IMG/VR virus record: IMGVR_UViG_3300010167_000019
Span: 1 to 64,000 of that record
Length of the DNA stretch: 64,000 nucleotides
Reading direction: 5' to 3' (one strand)
DNA from: a virus
Lineage: Duplodnaviria > Caudoviricetes
Each line of letters starts with the position of its first letter. Position 1 is the stretch's first letter. This document shows, piece by piece, positions 49,428 through 60,208 of this stretch. The notes under the pieces were generated by a model. That model ran no database searches. It had not been told where the DNA came from and saw nothing but the letters and a program-made list of their open reading frames with translations. Position numbers and translations under genes: made by a program.

Positions 49428-51245
49428 ATGGCTAAAGTTATTACCCTATATCCTAAAGTGACAGTTTGGTGTCCTGAGTTAAATGAGTTTTTTAAAACTA
49501 CTCCCGGTGCCATCGAAGGGCAATATATTCTGCAGGTAACATTGCCCCAGAATGATACTGATGACATCCAATTATATAATTTCGAAATATATGTGAAACG
49601 CGGTGTAGCACCAGCGGTTGGTACTGGAATCTATACGACTGTCACGGTTGGCTACCAAACCATCTACGAATACTACGAAGTCAATCATATTGTGGCTAAT
49701 CCTGATACTCTACCATGGACTGGTGGTACGGTACTCATTACCATCAACTTCGATGATGCTGATCCGGAAATGCCCTATATGAAAGTCTTAGATCTAGTTA
49801 ACAGTGGTCTGACTCCTCCTCTGAAAACTTATGTTTCCCGTCAGGGTGATATTTTCATCTACGGAAGTAAGGCTACACCACCGGAGAATGTTATCCGTCG
49901 TTACGATTGGGAAGCTAACACTTTAGAAGTAGTTGGTTATCCGGGAATACCAGCCATGACTCCTCCGATCGAATCCTTCATGGAATTAGAAGCAGAGGAA
50001 GCACTTTGGGTTCTCCCAGCTTGGGCTTATTATGATCCTGATACCAAGAGCTTCCAATACTATGGTGGAGGTGCTGGAGAGAAGGCTGAACATCTTGGCA
50101 CAATTGGAACCTACAACTACATCCTGGGTCCTGCTGCTCTGTTTAATTACAATGCTAGCAGCAAGCTCTTTGAAAATTTGAATTTGGCTGCTCTGCCTAG
50201 TGCTGTCAGTCTTAAAGTGACTGAGTTGAAAAATAACAATCTTCTGCTGACTTATGAAGATGGCAGTGGTAACAAATACGCTTACGTCTTAGGACCAACT
50301 GGTCCAGCTCGTGTAGAACTTAACCTGCCAGTCAGCCTTAATAGCATCCTAGAAGGAGAAGCAGATATCCTCTTTGCTGCTGGCAGTGTTTACACCACTA
50401 ACTACTACTGTCTCAGTGGAACACTGATCGAATATTCTTTAGAGTATGAGGGTGGTCCACTTAATCAAGGTGACTCTCTGGAAAGTTGTTATATCTTCCC
50501 TAAGAATTGGAATCAGAATATAGAGTATATCGCTACTGGCAATGCTCAAACCTTATCCATCGGAATTGCTCCACGTAACTTTTATGAAGATCCGGACAAT
50601 GACAATTTATACTTCGTGGAAGGGGAAGAGAATAATGGGACTGTCTATCAAGTCAAAGGCGATAGTCTCAAAACTTTCTTAACTCAACAGGGGTGGGATC
50701 AAGTGTCTGGTGTTTATGGCTTAATTACCTCAGGGAACCTTAGACCACTAGCTCCTACTGTTCCAGGTTCAGGCACGGTAGGTAACGTAACTGATCCCAG
50801 ATTCTTCAAAGATAGTTCCCACTCTGTTTATTTTGTCACAGAGACCAATAACAAAACAGTCTTAGTCAGAACTATTTGGAGTACAATGTCACCAGAAGTC
50901 AATCACACTCTCTTGGAAGTTTATGCTCCCGCTAAAGATTGGCACTTCAAACAAGAAGGCGGTAAAGTCAAAGCTTATTCCGATGCTATGCTAGGACAGT
51001 TTGAATACAATCCTAGTACTAAGGAATTCGAATTGGATCAATCGGTTGATCTAGATTACTGTGGCACACCCTTTGGTATCTACACAGCCTTCTTCGGTTC
51101 AGACTTCACTAAGATCTGGTTGAATGGTGAAGCCTTTATGGAATTAGATGAAGCCTATCTCGATGTCTCCTCTGGTACAGAAATTGGTATAGCTGTCAAC
51201 AAGAATGATCCTAACAAAGTCCTGATCTTAGGACCTAATGAGTAA
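49428..51245 (+). CDS. Beta-rich virion/tail protein, paralog of 33876..35549
   Basis: Similar N-terminus and YDWE.NTLE motif. Confidence 0.55.
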   Translation: MAKVITLYPKVTVWCPELNEFFKTTPGAIEGQYILQVTLPQNDTDDIQLYNFEIYVKRGVAPAVGTGIYTTVTVGYQTIYEYYEVNHIVANPDTLPWTGGTVLITINFDDADPEMPYMKVLDLVNSGLTPPLKTYVSRQGDIFIYGSKATPPENVIRRYDWEANTLEVVGYPGIPAMTPPIESFMELEAEEALWVLPAWAYYDPDTKSFQYYGGGAGEKAEHLGTIGTYNYILGPAALFNYNASSKLFENLNLAALPSAVSLKVTELKNNNLLLTYEDGSGNKYAYVLGPTGPARVELNLPVSLNSILEGEADILFAAGSVYTTNYYCLSGTLIEYSLEYEGGPLNQGDSLESCYIFPKNWNQNIEYIATGNAQTLSIGIAPRNFYEDPDNDNLYFVEGEENNGTVYQVKGDSLKTFLTQQGWDQVSGVYGLITSGNLRPLAPTVPGSGTVGNVTDPRFFKDSSHSVYFVTETNNKTVLVRTIWSTMSPEVNHTLLEVYAPAKDWHFKQEGGKVKAYSDAMLGQFEYNPSTKEFELDQSVDLDYCGTPFGIYTAFFGSDFTKIWLNGEAFMELDEAYLDVSSGTEIGIAVNKNDPNKVLILGPNE

Positions 51246-51251
51246 AGAAAG

Positions 51252-51284
51252 AAATAGACTGGAGCTTTTAGCTCCAGTCTATTT
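51252..51284. terminator. Bidirectional terminator
   Basis: aaatagactggagct-ttt-agctccagtctattt. Confidence 0.8.
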
Positions 51285-51291
51285 TCTTCAT

Positions 51292-51602
51292 CTATAACTC
51301 ATCGTCCTCGATTGGAACTAATTCATTGCGAGGAACTGCATTTTCTCTTTCCCGTCCAATGATATCATTGATATCCGTGGATAAAGATTGAATACTTAAA
51401 ATCTTATCCAAGTGCTTGTCATCCAATAAACGAAAACCATTCTCTTTAGCAAAGGGATGAGCCAGATAGGTAAACTGAGAGAGTTCACTAGCCATGGAAT
51501 CAACCCTTCTTCGTTTGACAACATTCATGACCATGTAACGATTCTCACCCTTCATTTCCATATTAATTATACAGCACCAATCTGCTGTCTCCATTAATTC
51601 CC
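51292..51602 (-). CDS. dnaB: DnaB-like replicative helicase, exon 2
   Basis: Splicing restores VGDA-W-ELMETADW. Confidence 0.85.
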
Positions 51603-52050
51603 CTGGTATTCATTCTCATGTATGCGCTAAGTACATGACGTTCACTTCTGAACTGCTCCGCCTCTCAGCAGACGACATACTATTTCAAGTATGAAGGAGT
51701 ATTTCTACTCGTTTAGATCATATCTTTATTCTGACTACTCTGACCATAGTCAAAATAATTCCCGTTTCCCGTTACCCTGTGTCCTTCCAAGACTAACAGC
51801 CCTCTATCGCTTAGGGGGTACTCTACTGTCCACGCTGTAGGATTTTTAATTCCTATCTGCAGATGGTCGATGATCGTTGAACCCATGTCTACTGCTAGAC
51901 ACTTGGTTGCGGATTGACCCTACCCTATACTTTATTACTTTACCCTAGTTGATTAAACTAGGCCACTAGAATATTGCTATTCTAGCTTAGTAGTATAGGT
52001 CTAACAGGCTATTCCCGCAGTTAGAGAATTTTTAGATGCCCAGGAAGTTA
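51603..52050 (-). mobile_element. Group I intron in dnaB (448 nt, no ORF)
   Basis: CTGCGGGAA, AATCCGCAACCAAG, GTTCAACGATCA, AAGATATGATCT; IGS TTCCTGGGCATC (52035-52046) forms 12 bp with GAUGCCU|GGGAA. Confidence 0.9.
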
Positions 52051-53491
52051 AGGCATCGCCTACACCGTCTCGTCCGACTAATTTAGTAACATCGCTCTTA
52101 CCTTGTCGAATCGCACTATCGACGATTGTGGCTGAGGCTCGATTCATTTGGTGAGCTGTGATCACCGGAATATCTAAAACAACAGCCATGGCCTTTAGCT
52201 CATTGACTATCCGATTCAGTTCCATCTTAACGCTATCCAAGGCTACGACGTTTGGACGAATCCGTTTGATGTAGTCGAAGGATAAGGCTATCACCTCTAA
52301 GTTTTCATCCCGCAAGTCTTGGATGATAGTGAAGAGATCATCGGTATTAATTTCTCGGTAACTGAAATACTTGATGACAATTTCGATATTGGGAACTAAG
52401 GCTTTGATTGGAGCCAAGATGTCTAAGGTTAACTTCTTACCTTCACTGCTGGCATTGGTTTCCCCAGTCTTGACATAAGCATTGCCTTGATCATCATTGA
52501 TGATTTTATTTAAACCTAGCTCATTGCCTAGACGATAGATTGCTTCTTCAGGTGTGTAATCAGCTATAGAATCATCAAAGGAAATGTTCCAAATTCTTTC
52601 TATTGTCTCAGTGAAGGAATTTTCCATAGTAATATAGAGAGCACAAGGTTTCATACCCGGCGTCTTACATTTATAACCCGGATTGTACTTCCGAATGTCT
52701 AAGACACTTTTCAAAAGCATCATACTCTTACCACTGGAGGGAAGTCCAATGTAGATATATAATTTCCCAGGCATGTAACCTGGAGACAATAGGCTATTTA
52801 ATCTTCTTATGCCGGTGACCAAACAGGCATTAGTTCCGGTTAAGGATTCAATCGTCTGAGTTAAAGCCTCCTTGACCGATTCGCTGTCATTAGTATTGAA
52901 GGTCACTTTATTGGTGACGAAGTTGGTACTGTGTTTGATGTCGATCAAGGAATGAGCAATGTCAAATAAACGACCGGCCAATTCTTTAAAAGCTCCCGGA
53001 TGATCAAACGTGATATCTTCCAGAAGAGATTGGTATTCATGCTTGACTGAAGAGAGATAACCGTATTGTAGTGCCTCACCCACCATTTCAAAAATCATCT
53101 TGGCTTCTGCTTCTGAGATGATATGATCATCCTTGATGCAGGCATTGATGATCTCCTCTTTGACATTGTCGAAGTCCGGTTGACGTTTAGCTCCTTCTAC
53201 GATCAAGTCGGTTGTTACGATGCCGTCTAGCCATTGTTTGCTAAACCAAGCGATACACCAAATGTAGGCTAAGAGTTCCGGATTCTTCTTGTATAAGCTT
53301 TCATCGATGTTCGTAAAGAGACGATTGATATTCTTGACGGATTTGAAGGTACGGAAACCACTGTGCTGCATCGTCAAGATCTTTAAGACCAAATTTAAGA
53401 TAGAGCGTTTAAAGAAGACTTGGATTTTACGTACCTGAAGATCTTCGAGTTTGGTAAGTGCATTCTGCTTATCCTTAACACTTTTTGCCAT
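52051..53491 (-). CDS. dnaB: DnaB-like replicative helicase, exon 1 (spliced ~583 aa)
   Basis: Walker A GLPSSGKS, YITMEN, FDYIKRI and PVITAHQMNR. Confidence 0.9.
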
Positions 53492-53559
53492 ACTAACGGA
53501 TTCTTCCTTTCACCATCATATAATTCGGAGCCATACCCGTGGGAAGTGTGTTTTAAAAT

Positions 53560-55731
53560 TTGATATTAGAAATGGGGTTGAGAATTTTGACGAATATTAA
53601 GTCGCTCTATGAAGCTGTCAAAATGGGCTATGGGGTAGAAAGAGTGAATCGACTGACGGCCTACACAGAGGCGGTCAATAAGATTCTTACAGAAGATCCA
53701 GTTTCTTATGTAGCGAATTTAGAATATATCATTTCAAATAATATCGGCTTAGAAACACTTCCTAAGTTCATGGAGAGCTATCCTCTACCTTTAACGGCAA
53801 TTCATCGCTTGCAAGAGTTGAGTGAAGCCTTGATTGAAAAATCAGAGTCCAGGCAGATTCCCAGCAAGCCTTACAAGGAACTGTATGAGATGGCTACTGA
53901 TTATCTGAATCGGCATGAACGGATCTTTGGAATGTACGAAAGTTATTCTGCTGAACTACCAGACTGTTTAGCTGTCTATTACGATAGTCTACCATTGACA
54001 GAAGATGCTACGGACGGCCTACTCAATAAATATGGCATAGGCATTCTAGCGGATCGTTTGCTTCTGGCTAAAGATGTCAACTATGTCTTAGAAGTTGCCA
54101 GCCAGCATCGTACTTGCCAAGATCCGATTAAAAGAGAATGGCTCTTGGAATGCTATCGAGAATTTAACTTAAATCCCCCGATGAATTTAGTAGAAGGGTC
54201 TTTAGAATATGGCTTTAAGAATCTACAAGAGCGTCGAGAGAATCTATACCGGGAATCGGTCTTGATGCAAGCTGATCTGACCTTGGAATATACGACTGCC
54301 GAAATTGAGCTGATCGAAGATTACATCCACTTCAACGAGCATGCTGTTCTGGTCTTACAAACGAAAGAGGCTATCGGGGAAAAAAATAATTTAGCCTTAA
54401 ATGGATATCGGGAATTAGAGCATATTCTACCGGAAGGTGAAAGTACAGCTGATCTAGTCGACCTACTGCCACAGCAACAGATGTTGGAAGAATCTCGTCA
54501 CAGTAAGTTTGGTAATATTCCCGGCTACTTGTCTAAACACCATGCGTTAGGTTATGGAGAAGACGATGACACCGATGAGGATAAGAAACCCGAGCATTAC
54601 AAACGTCCAGAGAAAGTTGAACCAGCCGATGAAGAAGATAGCCCAGCTGTTAAAACAACAGATGAGCCTTCTCCTTCGGCTACGACAACTTCTACCACAC
54701 CTACTGCTACAGCACAACCCTCATCCAATTATTATTACAATTACTATACGACCTACAAAGGCTCTTTCAATAAAAGTAGCGATGCTTCTACTAATGTCAA
54801 TAGCAAAAATAAGAATGCACAAATTCATGCTCGAGAGTCTGCACCTTGGGAACTAAGGCTCCCTTTTGAAAATAGGGAGCTGTACACTGAGAGTTATACT
54901 AAACATAGTGGACCAGCTTATTATAAGACTTGCGATCATTGTGGTGCCAATTTAGATGTGGGAGAAAAATGCGATTGTCAAAATTTAAATGAGTCCTACA
55001 AGAATATCAATCGCTTCAATCCGGTCCCCAAGAACAAAACCGAGATCAACAAGTTCCAACCGGTACCAGTGGAAAAAAATAAAATTGGTCAACATGACTG
55101 GTTACCGGAAGATGACGACGACTATGAAGAATCTTTTGACTTAGATCAGATTCTTTTGGAGAAGGTAGCCCCAGAACCAGAAAAACCAACCTCTGATTCT
55201 ACGACAGAAAACATCACTCACACCTTGCAAGACTTGGATCGAGCCATGGCTAGCAAATCCGCTGGTGCTAAGAAGAAGGCCAATGAAGTAGTCAACTTAG
55301 GCAAGGTGGCTGTCAAACCTTTCAAGCGTACCAGCGGGTGGATCAATAGTCTATTGTCTCGCTTTGCCGATGCCAATGAAAACAATATCAAAGCAAAGAT
55401 GGCTGATCCCAAGTCACGCAATCAGCTGATCAGCACCTTGAAGAAAACCATTCTAGCAGGCTCTTTGTATAAAGCAGGCTTACTCTTAAATCCCATCTTC
55501 TTATTCTTGGCTGTCACGTTGAAGATCAAAGGCAATCGGGATAAAGTCAAGATCCGTAACCAGCTGATCGGAGAATTAAAGCAAGAGTTGGAAATCTTAG
55601 ATGAGAAGATCAACGATGCTCGGAGCAGTGGTGACCGAGGCGCCAAGTATAAGTTGATGCGTTTCCGCAATAAGCTACAAGAGAAGCTAGTCCGGGTTGG
55701 CGGTGATAAAGCCACAGCCAAGGTTCTATAG
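53560..55731 (+). CDS. Large head/virion protein with an embedded Zn-ribbon motif
   Basis: 723-aa ORF upstream of the capsid gene; CDHCGANLDVGEKCDC. Confidence 0.6.
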   Translation: MILEMGLRILTNIKSLYEAVKMGYGVERVNRLTAYTEAVNKILTEDPVSYVANLEYIISNNIGLETLPKFMESYPLPLTAIHRLQELSEALIEKSESRQIPSKPYKELYEMATDYLNRHERIFGMYESYSAELPDCLAVYYDSLPLTEDATDGLLNKYGIGILADRLLLAKDVNYVLEVASQHRTCQDPIKREWLLECYREFNLNPPMNLVEGSLEYGFKNLQERRENLYRESVLMQADLTLEYTTAEIELIEDYIHFNEHAVLVLQTKEAIGEKNNLALNGYRELEHILPEGESTADLVDLLPQQQMLEESRHSKFGNIPGYLSKHHALGYGEDDDTDEDKKPEHYKRPEKVEPADEEDSPAVKTTDEPSPSATTTSTTPTATAQPSSNYYYNYYTTYKGSFNKSSDASTNVNSKNKNAQIHARESAPWELRLPFENRELYTESYTKHSGPAYYKTCDHCGANLDVGEKCDCQNLNESYKNINRFNPVPKNKTEINKFQPVPVEKNKIGQHDWLPEDDDDYEESFDLDQILLEKVAPEPEKPTSDSTTENITHTLQDLDRAMASKSAGAKKKANEVVNLGKVAVKPFKRTSGWINSLLSRFADANENNIKAKMADPKSRNQLISTLKKTILAGSLYKAGLLLNPIFLFLAVTLKIKGNRDKVKIRNQLIGELKQELEILDEKINDARSSGDRGAKYKLMRFRNKLQEKLVRVGGDKATAKVL

Positions 55732-55745
55732 TGTGGGGGTGCAAC

Positions 55746-56264
55746 ATGAGCAGCAGTAGGTCCTTCTTTGAACAGGTGATGTTTAATAAATTCTACGAAG
55801 CCGATGACGATCCTCCAGCCGAAGAAATTCCAGCTGAACCACCCGATGTCGATATGCCAGCTGAGGGAGAAGATCCGGGTGCAGAAATGGACATGGGCAT
55901 GGACATGGGTGGTACAGAAAATGAAGAAGGGGAAGAAGAGTTAGAAATCAGCGATAAGATCAGTCTAGCCATGAATGCTAATCTCTATCAAAGGTATCTG
56001 ACTCTACTCAATACAGTCAACCAAGAAATTAGCAGCATCAAAAACGTCAATGATATAATCTACACGGTGGCCCCACGTTCACTAGAGACACTGCAACCCC
56101 TGAATAAGCTGGCCGAGAATCTCAATCTTTATTTAGCGCATAATTTCTTGGACAACAACTACAGCAAGAATTTATTATTCTACAATAAGTGCTTAAACCT
56201 GTTAAAGTTATTAACCCAAGTCTTCAGTCAAGAGTTAAAGAAGGGAAATACCGAGGAGCAGTAA
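55746..56264 (+). CDS. Acidic head-associated protein
   Basis: ATG at 55746; lies directly upstream of the major capsid gene. Confidence 0.6.
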   Translation: MSSSRSFFEQVMFNKFYEADDDPPAEEIPAEPPDVDMPAEGEDPGAEMDMGMDMGGTENEEGEEELEISDKISLAMNANLYQRYLTLLNTVNQEISSIKNVNDIIYTVAPRSLETLQPLNKLAENLNLYLAHNFLDNNYSKNLLFYNKCLNLLKLLTQVFSQELKKGNTEEQ

Positions 56265-56274
56265 CATCTATTTA
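56263..56274 (+). promoter_or_regulatory. Putative AR9-type late promoter AACA-N6-TA
   Basis: aaca-tctatt-ta upstream of the capsid gene; also at 18436, 21907 and 30673. Confidence 0.45.
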
Positions 56275-56330
56275 AAATTCACCGGGTAATTTATCGTGTA
56301 GAATTGAAAAACTAAGAGTAAAGGAGATAT

Positions 56331-58280
56331 GTGATTATGGCCTATGGTAATACTACTCTCGGAGCCATGAACTGGTTCGGAGAATCAGCTGGAACGGTAA
56401 CTCCAAATTTAGCAGCAAGTAGAAGCTCTTTTGATGTATACTCTGATGGAAAATCTTTTGCCGAACGCTTCGATGAATTATTCCACCATTACAAGACCAA
56501 CGCTGGCTTGGATATCAAAAAGGACTTGGCGGCAATGGTAGCAGATCGCAGCTTCATGGAGCAATACAAAACAGATTTGCTCAGCCCAATCTTTGATGGA
56601 TTCCGGGCTATGTCTCCCAATGATCCACACATTGAATCGCACGTAGAAAACATCGATCGTCTCTGGGATGCGAAGGTCAGACAGTATTCGGAGTCTGCTT
56701 CCACCACAGCCTTTTTACCCATTGCCACTTTGGAATTCCCAGTCTTAACAAAACAATTCTGGGCTTCCATTACGAAAGATATCATCGAAGTAGAAACGGT
56801 GAAAACACCAAACATAGTCAAGCATGTCAAGACAACTTATTTGGTCGACAACCAAACTGGAGACATGTACGAATATCCAAAATGCATCTTCGAAGGCACT
56901 TGGGAAAAGATTTGGGATGCTGCCAAAGGTTATAAATTTGATGATACTCATCCGCTGGATATTACAGGCGACAAAGGCTACAAGCTTAACATGATCAACT
57001 TCGGCATAGCTGGCCCAGGGGGAGAAGGTTTAGCGCTAGATGGACCATCCGCAGGAGCAGACGGAAAGCTCAATCTAACGGAAAACCAAAAACTTTCCTT
57101 CAACATTAAAATCATGGCTATCGACTATGATGATGGTAAGGGCGGTGAATTTACAAGACTTCCGTTAAGGGGCAATGGTAGAGGCACAGGCGCTAATGGT
57201 ATCATTCCGGAACTCTCTACGGGCGGTACTTTAGTAGGCGGAGACATTAACTTCAAGGCTAAAAATGCCAGTGATGAATTGGTTACAGTGGAAGACTACA
57301 TTTCTGGGAGAGTGAATTTCCAAAATGGTACGATGACAGTCACTTCCGGCAATGGTTTTACCAAGGCTGTCTATGTTTCTGGCTACCTCTCCAATGAAAA
57401 CAACATCAACAACGTATCAGTCAGAGAAGTAAGAACGTTGCAAAAATTCATGATCGAAGATGGACCACGCTGGAACATGCCCTTTACTATTGAAGAAATT
57501 GAAGACGCTGCTGCTCTACTCGACATGAATTATTACAACAGAATGGTGGACGAAATTGTCAAGACCCAAGAGATGATTGAATCACAAACCGTGCTCAAAT
57601 TCTACAGAGACGAATTTGAAAAATACATCGATGCTGATTTCAACATTTACAACTTGGAGTCAATCGTCCAACGTACTTCTTGTAATCTGGCTACTCCGAT
57701 GGGTTATGCTGGAAACCCCTTCGAATACATTTCCGATGCCATACAATTCGCCATTAAAGGAGCAATCCATAAGCTGACAGATGCTGCTAAATTAGACAAG
57801 CTATCTTTCATCATCATTGGTAATCCTATGGCGACTCAACTGATTTCCAAATGGACTTCTTGGAAGATGGAACAAGGTACCAGCATCGGTGGTATTCAAG
57901 TCAACAACTCTTATGGTTTTGCTACAGATATGGGAGCTAACGTCAGAGTGGTTGCATCCAATCAAATTCCTGCCTACACAGAAAAAGGCGTAACAGTTAC
58001 CGATGGCAAGATAGACTTCGGCGATACAGGGGACAGAGAGCTCTACATTCGCATTGTTGGTTATCCAACCGATCCTGAGCATATCTCTTTCCGTCACTTG
58101 AAATATACATCCCATCTGTTAGCTACACCAGCTCAAGCAGCCTACATGAACACGAATCAAGGACCTGGGGGTGCGTACACAGTTGTGACAGCTACCAGTC
58201 GCTACAAGGACATCGTCATACAAGGTTTGCAACTTATGATTATTTTCGAGAATTCCAAGAGGGTATATGGACCCAGATAA
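56331..58280 (+). CDS. Major capsid protein (jumbo-phage type)
   Basis: 649 aa; FLPIATLEFPVL.KQF..SITKDIIEVETVKTPNIV resembles jumbo-phage MCPs; strong SD and terminator. Confidence 0.75.
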   Translation: MIMAYGNTTLGAMNWFGESAGTVTPNLAASRSSFDVYSDGKSFAERFDELFHHYKTNAGLDIKKDLAAMVADRSFMEQYKTDLLSPIFDGFRAMSPNDPHIESHVENIDRLWDAKVRQYSESASTTAFLPIATLEFPVLTKQFWASITKDIIEVETVKTPNIVKHVKTTYLVDNQTGDMYEYPKCIFEGTWEKIWDAAKGYKFDDTHPLDITGDKGYKLNMINFGIAGPGGEGLALDGPSAGADGKLNLTENQKLSFNIKIMAIDYDDGKGGEFTRLPLRGNGRGTGANGIIPELSTGGTLVGGDINFKAKNASDELVTVEDYISGRVNFQNGTMTVTSGNGFTKAVYVSGYLSNENNINNVSVREVRTLQKFMIEDGPRWNMPFTIEEIEDAAALLDMNYYNRMVDEIVKTQEMIESQTVLKFYRDEFEKYIDADFNIYNLESIVQRTSCNLATPMGYAGNPFEYISDAIQFAIKGAIHKLTDAAKLDKLSFIIIGNPMATQLISKWTSWKMEQGTSIGGIQVNNSYGFATDMGANVRVVASNQIPAYTEKGVTVTDGKIDFGDTGDRELYIRIVGYPTDPEHISFRHLKYTSHLLATPAQAAYMNTNQGPGGAYTVVTATSRYKDIVIQGLQLMIIFENSKRVYGPR

Positions 58281-58291
58281 TACAAAAAGAA

Positions 58292-58328
58292 AGAGGAGGA
58301 ATAGGCCTTGAAGGCCTATTCCTCCTCT
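58292..58328. terminator. Bidirectional terminator
   Basis: agaggaggaataggcctt-g-aaggcctattcctcctct. Confidence 0.8.
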
Positions 58329-58399
58329 CTTGGTATAACTTACATGAGAATTACATATTCAGATTCAATCTGAACAGACCACGGGAACTTTTGTTTTAT

Positions 58400-58843
58400 C
58401 TAAGGCTGCATCGGACATGTTCCATCATCCTTCACGCCCAGATTCAAGAACCCAGCCACATCCTCTAGAGTATCGAAGGTTTTAGCACCTTTCCTTTCTG
58501 CCAGCTGGCGTATAGACTTTAAGATCCGTAAGTGTTCTTCGCCAAAGGCCCACCAGTTGTACTCGTAGATTACACAGAATATAGTCTTATCGGGAAATTT
58601 ATCGCTGCTATCTATTAATTCGGCTATGGTATACATTCTACCGGCTGATCCAGCCACCGACCCAGCAGCTACCACGTATAGCAAATAATCACAGAGGTGA
58701 TATTGTCTCTCTATTTCCTCTTCGGAAATTGGTGGGTGATAGTCTTCAACCACCGGGTTAAAATAGTCGATCTTCAACATAGGAATCAGATCATCTCGCC
58801 AACTGTTGTCACTGAACCTGCCACCTAAAAAGACTTTCTTCAA
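58400..58843 (-). CDS. Nucleoside 2-deoxyribosyltransferase-like protein
   Basis: KKVFLGG...WRDDLIPMLKIDYFNPVVEDY...YTIAELID. Confidence 0.75.
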   Translation of the reverse strand: MKKVFLGGRFSDNSWRDDLIPMLKIDYFNPVVEDYHPPISEEEIERQYHLCDYLLYVVAAGSVAGSAGRMYTIAELIDSSDKFPDKTIFCVIYEYNWWAFGEEHLRILKSIRQLAERKGAKTFDTLEDVAGFLNLGVKDDGTCPMQP

Positions 58844-59436
58844 TCTTCGTCATCCTTTCGTTCGATGTAGTCCAGCATCTTTTCGTACACGTAGCTTCTG
58901 ACTCTGATATCTTCATCGGCAGTTTCTCTTTCCTTTTCCCACTCACTCAACAGCACCCAATTCGTATACCTCTTGGGAAGACCATATCTCAATTCCTCCC
59001 AATACGTTTCTTCCAACTGGACTATTAACTTTTGCAAGACGTTGCGATAAGTGCCTGGCACCCTCTCCACATAGTTTTCAACCATACGATCGTTCGGATC
59101 CAGATAGTTTTTACGGCCTTCATAGTATTTCTTTTTCAATTTGTGGATCTCACTGTTTTCCAAACGTCTGTAGACTTCTTGCATGATGCAACGGAAAAGT
59201 TGCTCTTCCCTCAGCTGACTGCGACGATAGTGCCTTCCAGGTCGTCTATCATTGTTAACATCGGCGGCATCCATTAAGTCTCGGATGATGGGCATTTCCG
59301 TAGCATCAAAAGTATCGATCGCTTCATCCATTGTAACTTTTAGAGCATAATGTTCAGCGGGGGAAATTGGTCTCTGGCTAAAATTGTTGCAGTACTCAGT
59401 TTCAATTCTCTCGATTAAGCTTCTTTCTTCTTCCAT
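58840..59436 (-). CDS. Hypothetical protein
   Basis: ORF overlapping the downstream start by 4 nt. Confidence 0.65.
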   Translation of the reverse strand: MEEERSLIERIETEYCNNFSQRPISPAEHYALKVTMDEAIDTFDATEMPIIRDLMDAADVNNDRRPGRHYRRSQLREEQLFRCIMQEVYRRLENSEIHKLKKKYYEGRKNYLDPNDRMVENYVERVPGTYRNVLQKLIVQLEETYWEELRYGLPKRYTNWVLLSEWEKERETADEDIRVRSYVYEKMLDYIERKDDED

Positions 59437-59496
59437 TTTTAAACATCCTTTCTTGTGTGCTATATCGGGATAATATATAATTAAAATAGGTGGGTG

Positions 59497-59898
59497 TTAA
59501 ACCAACAGAGTGTAATCCTTGGCCATCTCTTCCAGAATGGCTTTTTGTTCCGAAGAGAAAGTGATCTGTAAAGGTAAGCCTCTATGTCGATCCACTTCGA
59601 TCAAATTTAAGCTGCCTAAGATAATCATCCAAGATACCCAGGTGACTCTTTGCAGACGATTGACCAAGTCTAAACCAAATCTAGTATGGATCAACTTGTA
59701 GTATTCGATTACATCGATCCGACGGAAATAATCTTCTGTCACTTCTGAATCCTTGAGCGTATTGAGAATATTTAACATTAGCTCGGCTACAACACGTGGT
59801 CCAATGTGCATTGTTTTGCCCATCTTCAAAACTTCCTCCCGCAAGTCTACTTTGATCATCATCTCTGTATTCATTCCTTTCCCTCCCTCTCTAACCAT
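59497..59898 (-). CDS. Hypothetical protein (true start probably MNTEMM)
   Basis: SD GGAGGG before the internal ATG. Confidence 0.6.
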   Translation of the reverse strand: MVREGGKGMNTEMMIKVDLREEVLKMGKTMHIGPRVVAELMLNILNTLKDSEVTEDYFRRIDVIEYYKLIHTRFGLDLVNRLQRVTWVSWMIILGSLNLIEVDRHRGLPLQITFSSEQKAILEEMAKDYTLLV

Positions 59899-60208
59899 GG
59901 TACCAGCTTCTTAAGACAGCCATAGTCATGATGAATTTCTCCATGTCCAGACCATACTTTTCTGTTAGCTGATATCCCCAGAGACCACCAGTCACCAGAT
60001 TGGCTCTTTGCCAAAGTTGATCCTTAACCGTAATCGAATAATCACAATACTTTCTGAATTCACACATGCTGGCCCAAGTACAGTCATCTCGATCTAAGGT
60101 ATCACCCGATAATAACTTTTCCCCTAATTCAATGAAGTATTCAAAGACAATTTCCGTGGGGTCTTTTAATAGCTCAACCATTTCCTCTTCTGTTACATAA
60201 GCATCCAA
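59891..60208 (-). CDS. Hypothetical protein
   Basis: SD AGGAGG; conserved leader upstream. Confidence 0.6.
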   Translation of the reverse strand: MDAYVTEEEMVELLKDPTEIVFEYFIELGEKLLSGDTLDRDDCTWASMCEFRKYCDYSITVKDQLWQRANLVTGGLWGYQLTEKYGLDMEKFIMTMAVLRSWYHG

